Assembly: GCA_020060385.1 (NCBI GenBank)
Contig: JAGVAH010000161.1
Span: forward strand, 8,162-72,161
Length of the DNA stretch: 64,000 bases
Source: Syntrophobacterales bacterium
GTDB lineage: Bacteria; Desulfobacterota; Desulfobaccia; Desulfobaccales; 0-14-0-80-60-11
Reading direction: 5' to 3'
Shown: positions 28,844-38,418 of the stretch, piece by piece
Position numbering within the stretch: the stretch's first letter is position 1
Layout of the letters: each line of letters begins with the position of its first letter
Notes under the pieces: generated by a model
What the model was told of the DNA's origin: nothing
The model's input: only the letters and a program-made list of their open reading frames with translations
Database searches by the model: none
Translations under genes and position numbers: made by a program

Positions 28844-28847
28844 AAAA

Positions 28848-29882
28848 TTATGACTCCTTTTCGACCGGGATGTCGGCCTCGATCATGGCTTCCCTGAATT
28901 TGTCTTCATATTCCAGATACGGGGTAAATTTCACCGGATAGTTCCAGGGGTTGACGTGCAGGACCCAACGGTTGTTGGCCACCATGTTTCTGCTGGGGCT
29001 CAAGAATACTCCCGGCGCGTGCATCAGTTTGCTGAAGGGGAAATAGGCGAAGAGGACGCACACCAGGAAGAGATGCACATAGAAGATGGGGCCAATGCCC
29101 GCAGGCACCACGGGGTGGAGGGTGACCAGACCCAGGGCCAGTTGCTTCACCGCCACGATGTCCACCTTGTAAACATAGCGCATGAGGATGCCGGAAATGC
29201 CGATTCCCAGGATCAGGAACAGGGGGAAGTAATCCGCGGCCAGGGAGATATAGCGCAGAGTGGGATTGGTGATCCTCCGGGCCAGAAGATAGAAGAGGGC
29301 CACCACCAGAATCACGCCGCTCAGGTAGACCGCGGGCACGAAAAACTGGAAGAAGCCGTCCATGTGTTCCAGTAACTGGATGGGCATGGGCACCGGCTCG
29401 GTGAAGAACCGCAGGTGCCGCAGGACAACCACCAGAAAAGCGTAGTGGAAGGCGATGGCCCCCAGCCACAGCCACTTGTAGGACCAGTGGATCAACCGGG
29501 CCCCTTCGGGATTGTCCGGGTCCTTGCGCAACTCGGTCCGCAGGTTCCTAAAGAGGCTGCGGAAGGCCAGGATCTCCAGGGCCATGCGGCCCAGCAGGTA
29601 CTTGAAGGTGTCGGGGTTGTCCAGTTTATCGTCCAGGTCCCGTTTGATCCAGGGCAGGGTCCGGTTCTGGCCGGCGGTGGTGGGAATACGGAAAGGTACC
29701 GGGGAACGGGCCCACTGGATGAGGCGGTAAACCAGCCCCTCCACAAAGATGAGAGCGGCCAGATAGGGGACGACGACCCCGAAGAGGATCTGTAACTTGG
29801 TCTGGGCGCCGACGTAGGCCACCACCACCAGTCCCAGCACTGCAGCTAAGGCCACTAAGAAATGACGTTTAAAAAAATCCAT
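28848..29882 (-). CDS. dsrM: DsrM (NarI-like dihaem cytochrome b membrane subunit)
   Basis: 344 aa with multiple TM helices carrying conserved His. It is the first gene of the dsrMKJOP order. GAGGTG RBS. Confidence 0.88.
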   Translation of the reverse strand: MDFFKRHFLVALAAVLGLVVVAYVGAQTKLQILFGVVVPYLAALIFVEGLVYRLIQWARSPVPFRIPTTAGQNRTLPWIKRDLDDKLDNPDTFKYLLGRMALEILAFRSLFRNLRTELRKDPDNPEGARLIHWSYKWLWLGAIAFHYAFLVVVLRHLRFFTEPVPMPIQLLEHMDGFFQFFVPAVYLSGVILVVALFYLLARRITNPTLRYISLAADYFPLFLILGIGISGILMRYVYKVDIVAVKQLALGLVTLHPVVPAGIGPIFYVHLFLVCVLFAYFPFSKLMHAPGVFLSPSRNMVANNRWVLHVNPWNYPVKFTPYLEYEDKFREAMIEADIPVEKES

Positions 29883-29928
29883 TTACTGTCACCTCGTTTC
29901 ATGTTGACCGTTGGTCATGCCCTTCCTG

Positions 29929-30438
29929 CTAAATGTCGTTCATGCTCATGCCGGATTTGCGCAAAAAGCCGCTGACCCGGTTTTTCACCTCGTTAATCCG
30001 CATATCCTGGAGTTTCTCCCGGCGCCGGGTATAGACATCAAAACCCAACAGGGACAGGCCGTCTATCCGGGCATCCAGTTCCTGGAGTTCCTCCATGAGA
30101 TTCTGTTGTTCCAGTTCCTCGGCCAGTTCCTCCCGGACGATGTTCTTCAGTAAAAAGATGAAGGCCAGGGCCTGGGAGGGGGAACAATCCTGGAGAGCCC
30201 GGATGCGGATTACTTCATCCAGGGCCGCGAGGATCTGCTCCCGTTCCATTTCTTGGACCAGGGTCTCAAAGAGTCCGTTTAAACCCCGGGAGATGCCGTA
30301 GCCGATGGGGTTGTCGAACTTATCCTTTTCTTTCTTCAAAAAGATGGCAGTCTCCGGGGGATAGCTGTCGTAAAGCAGGTTGATCCACCGGGCCACGATT
30401 TGAGATTTTTTCTGTGTTAAGAGATCTGCCAATTTCAT
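29929..30438 (-). CDS. RsbRD_N-like small cytoplasmic protein upstream of dsrM
   Basis: MKLADLLTQKKSQIVARWINLLYDSYPPETAIFLKKEKDKFDNPIG... resembles proteins I recall being encoded upstream of dsrMKJOP in sulfate reducers. The start is uncertain: ATG 30438 or TTG 30477, neither with a clear RBS. Confidence 0.6.
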   Translation of the reverse strand: MKLADLLTQKKSQIVARWINLLYDSYPPETAIFLKKEKDKFDNPIGYGISRGLNGLFETLVQEMEREQILAALDEVIRIRALQDCSPSQALAFIFLLKNIVREELAEELEQQNLMEELQELDARIDGLSLLGFDVYTRRREKLQDMRINEVKNRVSGFLRKSGMSMNDI

Positions 30439-30496
30439 AATTTCGGTTTGGGAAGGAAGTAGGCTGCGTCTTTGCAAAACACGCTGGGGCTGTTTA

Positions 30497-30556
30497 AGTG
30501 AATTTCATCACAAATTCAACCTCCAGATAATTAAGCATATTGGACTTAGGTGTCAA
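30497..30556 (-). promoter_or_regulatory. Candidate sigma70 promoter plus TGTGA-N6-TCAC palindrome upstream of the dsr cluster
   Basis: On the minus strand: TTGACA (rc 30551-30556), a 17-nt spacer, TAATTA (rc 30528-30533), then TTGTGATGAAATTCACTT (plus strand AGTGA-N6-TCACA at 30497-12). The palindrome is CRP/FNR- or Rex-like and sits just downstream of the -10. Confidence 0.35.
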
Positions 30557-30609
30557 GAAAAAAATGGGTAAAGGCAAATTATCAAGGGTATTACGGGGAT
30601 GTAGTGAAA

Positions 30610-30870
30610 TCAGGCTTCCGGAGCCTTTTCCGGAGAAGGGGCCTCTTCCCCCGGGGTTGCCGTCTCCGGGGGCGGCCGTTTCCTTTGGCGCAGTCGAAAA
30701 GCGATGCGGTCCCGGTATTCCAGGTAGTCAAACCCATAGAGATTGCCCAGGAAGACCATCGTCAAGCCCATCAGGTAGGCCTGGGTATCCAGACCCAGGA
30801 GCCGGAGGAGGAACTTGGCGGCCACAAAGCAGAAAAAGAGGCGCAGGAAAAAGGTGAAGAAGACTTTCAT
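30610..30870 (-). CDS. Hypothetical small membrane protein with Pro/Glu-rich tail
   Basis: 86 aa with two hydrophobic stretches (FFTFFLRLFFCFVAAKFLL; LMGLTMVFLGNLYGF). The RBS is weak. Confidence 0.45.
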   Translation of the reverse strand: MKVFFTFFLRLFFCFVAAKFLLRLLGLDTQAYLMGLTMVFLGNLYGFDYLEYRDRIAFRLRQRKRPPPETATPGEEAPSPEKAPEA

Positions 30871-31000
30871 GGGCTCATTTTTACCCTGTCAGGCCCGGAA
30901 TATCAAGGGAAAGGAATAGGGGCCAGGGGCCAGGGGGCGGCAAAAAGCGCCAGTTAAGAAAGGAATGCTTTATTCTGGCCCCTGACCCCTGGAATCACTA

Positions 31001-32062
31001 TCAGATCCATTTTTTCCTGCGGAAATACCGGACCATGCAGAGGGCGATGACGATCATCAGGCTCAGGGCCGCGGGATAGCCCCAGATCCAGTTCAGCTCC
31101 GGCATGTATTTGAAGTTCATGCCCCACACCCCCGCCAGGAAGGTGAGGGGCATGAAGATGGTGGCGATGACCGTCAGGACCTTCATGACTTCGTTCAGCC
31201 GGTTGCTGATGCTGGAGAGATAGATATCCAGCATGCCGGAGAGGATGTCCCGGTAGGTCTCGATGTTGTCAATGGCGATGATGGTATGGTCATAGACATC
31301 TTTGAAATAGATGCCGGTGGCCTCTTGGATCAGGTCCGATTCCCGCCGGTCCAGGCGGGCGATTACCTCCCTCAAGGGCCACACGGATTTGCGCAGCAAG
31401 ATCATGTCGTATTTAAAGCGGTGGATATCCCGGAGTGTACCCGGCGTGGGCTGTTTCACCACTTCTTCCTCCAGGTACTCAATGGCCTCCCCGAATTTCT
31501 CCAGGACCACGAAATAGTTGTCCACGATTAGATCCATCAGGGCGTAGGCTAGATAATCCGCGCCGGTTTTGCGGATACGCCCCTTGGAGGTCCGGAGGCG
31601 CTCCAGGACGGGCGCAAAAACCGCACCGTCGCTCTCCTGGAAGGAAATGAGAAAGTTGCTCCCCAGAATCAGGCTGATCTGCTCACTGCTTAGTTCATTG
31701 TCTGCCGCATAGTTGATGAGTCTCAGGACAATATAGATATAGTCGTCAAAATCCTCTATCTTCGGACGCTGGTCGGTGTTGAGAATGTCTTCCAAGACCA
31801 GGGGGTGCAACTTGAAGCAATCCCCCAATTTTTGCAGGTTCTCCACCGCATGGATGCCGTCCACCTTGATCCAGGTGACGCCAGGTTTGTTCTTCAGTAA
31901 CAGACATTCGTCAAAGCTGGCTATCTCCCTTTCCTGAAAATGCTGTTCATCATACTCAATGATGGAGATACTGACTTTTTCGTCCACCTTCTCCCCGGTA
32001 TAGACCAGGGACCCGGGGGGCAGGCCGGCCTTTTTCGCCTGCTTCCTCAAGAGCTTGCTCAT
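31001..32062 (-). CDS. corA: CorA magnesium/cobalt transporter
   Basis: 353 aa with two C-terminal TM helices and the signature GVWGMNFKYMPE (GMN motif). Confidence 0.92.
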   Translation of the reverse strand: MSKLLRKQAKKAGLPPGSLVYTGEKVDEKVSISIIEYDEQHFQEREIASFDECLLLKNKPGVTWIKVDGIHAVENLQKLGDCFKLHPLVLEDILNTDQRPKIEDFDDYIYIVLRLINYAADNELSSEQISLILGSNFLISFQESDGAVFAPVLERLRTSKGRIRKTGADYLAYALMDLIVDNYFVVLEKFGEAIEYLEEEVVKQPTPGTLRDIHRFKYDMILLRKSVWPLREVIARLDRRESDLIQEATGIYFKDVYDHTIIAIDNIETYRDILSGMLDIYLSSISNRLNEVMKVLTVIATIFMPLTFLAGVWGMNFKYMPELNWIWGYPAALSLMIVIALCMVRYFRRKKWI

Positions 32063-32320
32063 CCGGACTAATCCTCATCGGCTAAAATATGGCGCCAAGA
32101 ATGGGCCGGGGTGTGGGGACCCCGGTCTTCTTAGACAACCTGCCGAAAAAATTTAAATTATTGGGCAGTCGGGGTCAAGGGAAATAAAAGGCCGGCAAGG
32201 AAAGGATTCAGGATTCAGTTGGGCCCGGGGCCCAATGGACAAAAACTTCGGGAGTGCTTAAGTTTGGGAAAATTGGCAGGATGGCTCCTGGCCTGACTGC
32301 CGGATTCGGGGAGAAGAGAG

Positions 32321-33280
32321 ATGCAGGCCATATGTGTACATAATTTCGGCGGCCCGGAGGTAATGCGTTTGGAGGAAATGCCAAGCTTGCAGCCCGGTTC
32401 CGGACAGGTGGTGGTGCGGGTGAAGGCCGCGGGCGTCAACCCGGTGGATACCTACATCCGGGCGGGCCTTTACGCCGCGCCCCCATTCCCTTTCACCCCC
32501 GGGTTCGACGCGGCCGGGGAAGTGGAGGAACTGGGGCCGGGGGTCAGCCGGGTGGCCGTGGGCCAGAAGGTATATACCGCGGGCACCTTAAGCGGCGCCT
32601 ATGCCCAACAGACCCTCTGCGAAGAGGCCCAGGTCCACCCCCTGCCCCTGGGGATCTCCTGGGCCCAGGGCGCGTCCCTGGGCATACCCTACGGCATCGC
32701 CTACCGGGCACTGTTTCAGCGGGCCCGGGCCCTGCCCGGGGAAACCGTCCTGGTTCACGGCGCCAGCGGCGGCGTGGGCACGGCTGCCATTCAGTTGGCC
32801 CGGGCCGCGGGCCTGAGGGTCATCGGCACGGGGGGCACCCCCCGGGGCCGGGAACTGGCGGCCCAGCAAGGCGCGCACCAGGTCCTGGATCATCACGCCC
32901 CGGCCTACATGGAAGAAGTCCTGAAGCTCACTGGCGGCCGGGGAGTGGAGATCATCCTGGAGATGCTGGCCAACGTCAACCTGGGGAAGGACTTGAAGGT
33001 CCTGGCCCCGGGGGGGCGGGTGGTGGTCATCGGCTCCCGGGGCCCGGTGGAGATCGATCCCCGGGACGCCTTGAGCCGGGAAGGAGCCATCCTGGGAGCC
33101 CTGATCTTCGGGGCCACTCCCCAGGAGTATGCCGGCATCCACGCGGCCCTGACCGCGGGCCTGGAAAACGGCACCCTGCGCCCGGTCATCGGCCGGGAAC
33201 TGCCCCTGGCGGAAGCCCCTAAGGCCCATCAAAAAGTCCTGGAACCCGGGGCGTATGGTAAGATCATCCTGGTCCCCTGA
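32321..33280 (+). CDS. qor: NADPH:quinone reductase / zeta-crystallin-type MDR oxidoreductase
   Basis: 319 aa with Rossmann motif VLVHGASGGVGTAAIQLA and a GroES-like N-terminus ...GQVVVRVKAAGVNPVD... Confidence 0.88.
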   Translation: MQAICVHNFGGPEVMRLEEMPSLQPGSGQVVVRVKAAGVNPVDTYIRAGLYAAPPFPFTPGFDAAGEVEELGPGVSRVAVGQKVYTAGTLSGAYAQQTLCEEAQVHPLPLGISWAQGASLGIPYGIAYRALFQRARALPGETVLVHGASGGVGTAAIQLARAAGLRVIGTGGTPRGRELAAQQGAHQVLDHHAPAYMEEVLKLTGGRGVEIILEMLANVNLGKDLKVLAPGGRVVVIGSRGPVEIDPRDALSREGAILGALIFGATPQEYAGIHAALTAGLENGTLRPVIGRELPLAEAPKAHQKVLEPGAYGKIILVP

Positions 33281-33304
33281 AATATTTTGAGGGGCCAAGG
33301 GAGA

Positions 33305-33385
33305 AGTGAGCAGAGAGCAGTAAAAACCAAGAACTATTGGCCATTCTTTTAACTGCTCACTGCTTACTGCTTACTGCTCACTCCA
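33305..33385. repeat. Long imperfect hairpin built from TGAGCAG/CTGCTCA-type heptamers around a conserved 13-mer
   Basis: The sequence reads agtgagcagagagcagtaaaa-accAAGAACTATTGGCcattc-ttttaactgctcactgcttactgcttactgctcact. The 13-mer AAGAACTATTGGC (33329-33341) is identical to 9040-9052. Confidence 0.65.
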
Positions 33386-33397
33386 GAAAGGCCGCCC

Positions 33398-35122
33398 ATG
33401 AAAAACAAGGAAGTCGCCAAGATTTTCAACGAAATTTCGGAGTATCTGGAGATGGAGGGGGTGGCCTTCAAGCCCTATGCCTATCAGAAGGCGGCCATGA
33501 CCCTGGGGACCTTGAAGGATGACGTGGCGGACCTTTATCGCCAGGGGGGTCTCAAGGCCCTGAAGAAGATTCCCGGGATCGGCGAGAGCATGGCCGCAAA
33601 AATCGAGGAATATCTCACCACCGGGAAGATACAGTACTATGAGAATTTTAAGGCGAAGATGCCCATCAATCTGGAGGACATCATCGGCGTGGAGGGGGTG
33701 GGGCCCAAGAAGGCCAAGGTCCTTTACGAACAACTGGGCATCAAGACCCTGGAAGAATTGGAGGAAGCCGCCAGGGCCCATAAAATCGCCCCCCTCTTCG
33801 GCTTCGGCCCCAGGACCGAGGAGAATATCCTCCAGGGCATCGGCTTTTTGAAGACCGGCAAAGGCAGGTTTCTCTTAGGGGACATCCTGCCCATCGCCCA
33901 GGGGGTGCTCCAAAAACTCCAGGGTCTGCCGGAAGTGGAAAAGATCGATGTCGCCGGGTCCTTGCGGCGGATGAAGGAAACCATCGGCGACGTGGATCTT
34001 CTGGTGATCTCCAGCCAGCCCGAGAAGGTCATGGACTTTTTCGTCTCCCTGCCCGGCGTCGTCAAGGTCTGGGGCCATGGGTCCACCAAGTCCTCGGTGC
34101 GCCTCAAAGAAGGCCTGGACATGGACCTCAGGGTCATCCCCCCGGCCAGCTACGGCGCGGCCCTGCAATATTTCACCGGCTCCAAGGAGCACAACATCGC
34201 GCTCCGCAAGATTGCCATTGACCAAGGCTATAAGCTCAGCGAATACGGCCTTTTTCAGGGGGACACGCCGGCGGCCGCGGAGAGGGAAGAAGAAGTCTAC
34301 GCCCAGTTGGGCCTGGCCTGGATCCCCCCGGAACTGCGGGAGGACCGGGGGGAGATCGACGCGGCTGTGCATGGCCGACTCCCGGAGTTGATCGGTTATC
34401 AGGACCTCAAGGGAGACTTGCACGTCCACAGCAATTGGAACGGCGGCAAGGAGCCCATCCGGGAGATCGCGGCTGCGGCCCGGGAGATGGGCTATGAATA
34501 CGTGGGCATCTCCGACCATACGAAATTCCTGAAGATTGAACACGGGCTGGACGAGGCGAGGCTGCGGCAGCGGAACCGGGAGATTGACGCCATCAACCTG
34601 GAGCTGCGGCAAGCAGGGGTCAACTTCACCGTGCTCAAGGGCTGTGAAGCCAATATCATGGCCGACGGCTCCATTGATATCGCCGATGAGGTGTTGGCGG
34701 AAATGGACTACGTCATTGCCGGGGTGCACTCCCAATTCAAGATGCCCCGGGAGGAGATGACCCAGAGGCTGCTCACCGCCATGGCCAACCCCCATGTGGA
34801 CATCATTTCCCACCCCACCGGGCGCCTATTGAAGAAGCGGGACGAATATGACCTGGCCCTGGATCAGATTTTGGAAGGGGCCAGGGCCACCGGGACGGTC
34901 CTGGAAATCAACTCCTATCCGGAGAGATTGGACCTCAATGACTTGAATATTCATACCTGCAAAAACCTGGGCATCAAGATGGTGATCAACACCGATGCCC
35001 ACCAGGTGGACCAATTAAGGCTCATGCGGTTCGGCATCGCCCAGGCCCGGCGCGGCTGGGCTGAAAAGGAGGACATCATCAACGCCTGGCCGGTGGAGAA
35101 GTTATTGCAGATGCTGAAATGA
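33398..35122 (+). CDS. polX: Family X DNA polymerase with C-terminal PHP domain (PolX)
   Basis: 574 aa with HhH IPGIGESMAAKI and nucleotidyltransferase motif GSLRRMKETIGDVDLLV. The PHP domain shows GDLHVHSNWNGG and ...INTDAH... Confidence 0.9.
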   Translation: MKNKEVAKIFNEISEYLEMEGVAFKPYAYQKAAMTLGTLKDDVADLYRQGGLKALKKIPGIGESMAAKIEEYLTTGKIQYYENFKAKMPINLEDIIGVEGVGPKKAKVLYEQLGIKTLEELEEAARAHKIAPLFGFGPRTEENILQGIGFLKTGKGRFLLGDILPIAQGVLQKLQGLPEVEKIDVAGSLRRMKETIGDVDLLVISSQPEKVMDFFVSLPGVVKVWGHGSTKSSVRLKEGLDMDLRVIPPASYGAALQYFTGSKEHNIALRKIAIDQGYKLSEYGLFQGDTPAAAEREEEVYAQLGLAWIPPELREDRGEIDAAVHGRLPELIGYQDLKGDLHVHSNWNGGKEPIREIAAAAREMGYEYVGISDHTKFLKIEHGLDEARLRQRNREIDAINLELRQAGVNFTVLKGCEANIMADGSIDIADEVLAEMDYVIAGVHSQFKMPREEMTQRLLTAMANPHVDIISHPTGRLLKKRDEYDLALDQILEGARATGTVLEINSYPERLDLNDLNIHTCKNLGIKMVINTDAHQVDQLRLMRFGIAQARRGWAEKEDIINAWPVEKLLQMLK

Positions 35123-35318
35123 ACGTTGGGGCTGGGCGGGTGAAGGAATGGCTGGGGCCGGGCCGGGAACGGCTTGACGGATGGGGTCCCACAGGCCATA
35201 ATGGCGCAACTCCAGGGCCGTAGGAAGGAACACCCCCCCGGGGAAATAGGAAATGGCCCGCTGCAGGGGAGCTGGCTCCGGGTCACTTGGACGCGCCGGT
35301 TTTCACCCCCATGGTGCC

Positions 35319-36167
35319 ATGAAAGAACTCTTTGACCAGAAGCAGGTCGCCAGACTGGCAGGGATCTCCGAGAGCCAGGTGCGCTATTGGGACAGCGTCG
35401 GTCTCATTCCCCACGTGGAGCGCCGGAAAGGCAGGTTGTTCTTTGATTTCCAGGCCCTGGTGGCCTTCCGTACGGTCAAGGAACTCCTGAATCGGGGGGC
35501 CTCCTTGCGGAAGATCAGAAAATGCCTGGCCCAGTTGCGCCAGCGGCTCCCGGAACTGGGACAACCCCTTTCCGAGGTGCGGGTGGCCATTCGGGGGGAC
35601 CAGATCATCTTTGGCAAAGACAGCCAGACCTTTACTCCGGAAGGGCAGCTGCTCATCAAGTTTGAGACCGATGGGGGGGCTGCCCCCTCCTTGCCGGCGG
35701 ACCCGGCGGAGGAGCTCTTTTTCCAGGGGCTGGCCGGGGAGGAGATGGGGGAGTTGGAGGAGGCCCGGGAGAAGTATGAAGCCGCCCTGGACCTCAAACC
35801 CGAATATCCCGATGCCCTGGTCAATCTGGGCCACCTTCTGTACCGCTTGGAAATGCACCCCGCAGCCGAATGGGCCTACCGCCGGGCCTTGTACCTCAAT
35901 CCGGATCATCCGGAGGCGAACTACCAGCTGGCCAGGCTCCTGGAGGAGCGGGGAGACCTGGATAACGCCCTCCTGTTCTACCGTAAGGCCCTCCATGAGG
36001 ACCCGGAGTTCGCGGACGCTTGTTTCCACCTGGGCCGGGTCCTGGAAAAACGGGGTGACGTCGAGAGGGCCGGGAAATACTGGCGGCAATATCTGCTTCT
36101 GGAGCCCGAAAGCGAATGGGCCGCCTTTATCCGCCAGTGGCTGGGGGAAGAAGACCATGACCCTTGA
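35319..36167 (+). CDS. MerR-type HTH regulator fused to TPR repeats
   Basis: I prefer the ATG at 35319 (MKELFDQKQVARLAGISESQVRYWDSVGLI, MerR HTH). The C-terminal half has repeated TPR-like ...A...Y..AL.L.P... units. Confidence 0.8.
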   Translation: MKELFDQKQVARLAGISESQVRYWDSVGLIPHVERRKGRLFFDFQALVAFRTVKELLNRGASLRKIRKCLAQLRQRLPELGQPLSEVRVAIRGDQIIFGKDSQTFTPEGQLLIKFETDGGAAPSLPADPAEELFFQGLAGEEMGELEEAREKYEAALDLKPEYPDALVNLGHLLYRLEMHPAAEWAYRRALYLNPDHPEANYQLARLLEERGDLDNALLFYRKALHEDPEFADACFHLGRVLEKRGDVERAGKYWRQYLLLEPESEWAAFIRQWLGEEDHDP

Positions 36168-36366
36168 CCTGGACCAGTTCCGGGCCGGCAGGTTTAGCCT
36201 CCCCGGCTCCTCCCGGGACGAGCTGCCCCCCTGTTGCGGCCGCTGCCTCTATCTGGCCGCAGACCAGGCAACGGTCTGTTTCTGTGACGCTTCCTATTAT
36301 TTCTGCACTTACAGCTGGCCAGACAAGCTGACCGAGACCACCCCGCCCTGCCTTCAAGAGGTTTAA
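36157..36366 (+). CDS. Possible small Cys-rich protein (69 aa), overlapping the MerR-TPR stop
   Basis: The ATG at 36157 overlaps the upstream gene end by 11 nt. The sequence is MTLDLDQFRAGRFSLPGSSRDELPPCCGRCLYLAADQATVCFCDASYYFCTYSW...PPCLQEV, with 7 Cys. It is only visible as the tail of a longer spurious ORF in the track. Confidence 0.4.
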   Translation: MTLDLDQFRAGRFSLPGSSRDELPPCCGRCLYLAADQATVCFCDASYYFCTYSWPDKLTETTPPCLQEV

Positions 36367-36576
36367 CTCCATTGGGGACCCCTGGGCCTCATAGATGAGC
36401 GGGGCCACACCAGCCGGGGCTACCGGGACATTGCCTAGGCCTTCTCCCAGGCCCAGGGGAGTCTGGATTTTCTGGGGCCTGTCCCCGATGTTGCCTAGAT
36501 TTTATGGTTTCCTTTGGAGAAGGGGGGCCTTAGGCGTTTCTCTTCATGGAAGACCCCGGCTGGTCCGGTTTAGCAG

Positions 36577-37839
36577 TCATGAACCTAGCGGCAATTGTCG
36601 GAATTCGACCGCAGCTGCTTGCTGTGCCTGCAGGCGCAGGGCATCAATTTCCTCGGCATTCCTTCGCAATAGTGAAACAATTTCGTAATCCAACGCCTGC
36701 TTTTCGGCCATCTCCAGAATAATTTTCAGCACCTGGTCGACCCTCATACCCCGCCGATATGGTCTGTCTTCGGTGAGGGCCGTGAACACATCAGCCACCC
36801 CAATAATCCTGGCCCCCAAAGGCAGATCTTGGCCTTGGAGATGAAAAGGGTAACCGCTGCCATCTAGCCGCTCGTGGTGAAAAGCAGCCCAGGTGTTGAT
36901 AGTGCTGAAATCCGAGAGGTTCTGGAGTGAGCGGAATGAGTAGAAAGGATGGCTGCGAATGACGTTGAACTCTTCACCAGATAAGGCCGAAGGCTTTTCC
37001 AGGATTTCCTTTGACACTACCAACTTGCCCAAATCATGCAAAAAACCTGCGACCTCCATCATCCGGCATTCCCTCTGGGAGAAGCCAGCCAACCGGGCAA
37101 TGCCAATAGCGGTGGCCGCCACCCCGCTGGAGTGGGTGGCAGTATATGGACTCCGAAAATCAATGATGCGATGAAACAATTTGGCCAGGCCGGTCAGGGT
37201 CTTGGTATCTAATTCCGCACTCCCCAAAGCGACCTCCCGGGAAAGGATAGAGCCAATAGTCAAGGAATTTACATCGAACCAGAAATACTCCTTACTTATT
37301 AGGGCTTGTAAAGCTTCTACCAGCTTGGGTATGAACATCTTCCCTGACTGGGTGGCGATGCGTTGGCGAATCTCTGGAACCTGGCCTAAAATCTCCCGTT
37401 CTTTATCAATAAGAACCGCTACTCGGTCAGCCAGATGGAGGATGTGGCTGCCTAAAGGCACTTCCGCTCCTTGAAACTCTGCCCCCCTGCCCTCCTCCCA
37501 GGGGACATGATGGAACCGTACGTAAGTGGCGATGGGAGAAAACGGGGCAAACGTCTGGAGCAGTGAATCGCCGATGGCTGCATGCAGGTGGGGATGTTTG
37601 TTTTCAAATTCCAGTAGGGAAAGTCTCTCCTGTAGCGACAGTGCCCCCACATCGTGTAAGGCTCCCGCCAGCGCCAATGCCTTCTGTTGTTCCACCGGTA
37701 AGCCCAGCTCTTTTCCCAGCTTGAGGGCAATGTACGCCACCCGTTTGTGATGGTCCACCAACGTCGGAGACACTAAATCAATTACGTTTGACAGGCATAT
37801 CACCAAGTCAAACAGAGTGGTTTGTATATCTTCAGCCAT
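36577..37839 (-). CDS. HD-GYP domain phosphodiesterase (tandem HD-type domains, no receiver)
   Basis: 420 aa. The first HD-like block is HHKRVAYIAL...GALHDVGAL. The second has GFLHDLGK and the signature HHERLDGSGYP. Confidence 0.88.
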   Translation of the reverse strand: MAEDIQTTLFDLVICLSNVIDLVSPTLVDHHKRVAYIALKLGKELGLPVEQQKALALAGALHDVGALSLQERLSLLEFENKHPHLHAAIGDSLLQTFAPFSPIATYVRFHHVPWEEGRGAEFQGAEVPLGSHILHLADRVAVLIDKEREILGQVPEIRQRIATQSGKMFIPKLVEALQALISKEYFWFDVNSLTIGSILSREVALGSAELDTKTLTGLAKLFHRIIDFRSPYTATHSSGVAATAIGIARLAGFSQRECRMMEVAGFLHDLGKLVVSKEILEKPSALSGEEFNVIRSHPFYSFRSLQNLSDFSTINTWAAFHHERLDGSGYPFHLQGQDLPLGARIIGVADVFTALTEDRPYRRGMRVDQVLKIILEMAEKQALDYEIVSLLRRNAEEIDALRLQAQQAAAVEFRQLPLGS

Positions 37840-38418
37840 TGATGCCTTTCCTTATTAAACTTTACAGGTAGTTATCGGTCAGAGAGATAATCTATTCTTA
37901 TAAAAGCGGCAGGTCACCCTGGTGCTCCAGAAATTAAGGACTGGGCGAGGATTATGGAAAACCGAGATTATGCAGCAGTATCGGCCACCATGTCCAAGAA
38001 AAGGTTTTTGGACGTTCCAGCCCAGGTTCAATCCCAAGAACGTCTCTCCTGTTTCGACCAAATCATCTTAAATTGTCTAAGATAGCACAAATTCCCCTCA
38101 AAATGTATCTTTTACCAGGTTATTGGCCCACTATCCCCCTGCGAGCTTATCCTTCCCGAGTAGGCGGCCGACGATGGCCCCCAGGCCAGCACTGCCTGGA
38201 GCAGTCCGCAACTCACGACCGCAGCCCTGCCGACCTGCGCCAGCCCAGCCCCCGGCCCTGCCCGAGATCAAGTATTTTTAACTATCCAAATCCCACTCCG
38301 GGGCTTGGTTTTAGGGTCCTTCTCCTTGAAATTCAGTGCGGTGATGCCTACCTTGCTTTCACTAACGCACTTTCTCCCAAGGGATATTAAATTTAAGGGA
38401 AAAGGAAGGGCAGGGGAC

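Noticed and set aside
35611-36156. Upstream part of the 251-aa ORF 35611..36366
   Set aside because: It is out of frame within the MerR-TPR gene and Arg/Ser/Pro-rich. Only its last 69 codons (from the ATG at 36157) are considered a possible real small gene.
38011-38044. GGTTCAATCCC (T-loop-like) inside an inverted repeat gacgttc...gaacgtc, considered as a tRNA or tRNA remnant
   Set aside because: The flanking bases do not form a T-stem (2 mismatches in 5). No acceptor or anticodon arm can be drawn, so the resemblance is probably by chance.
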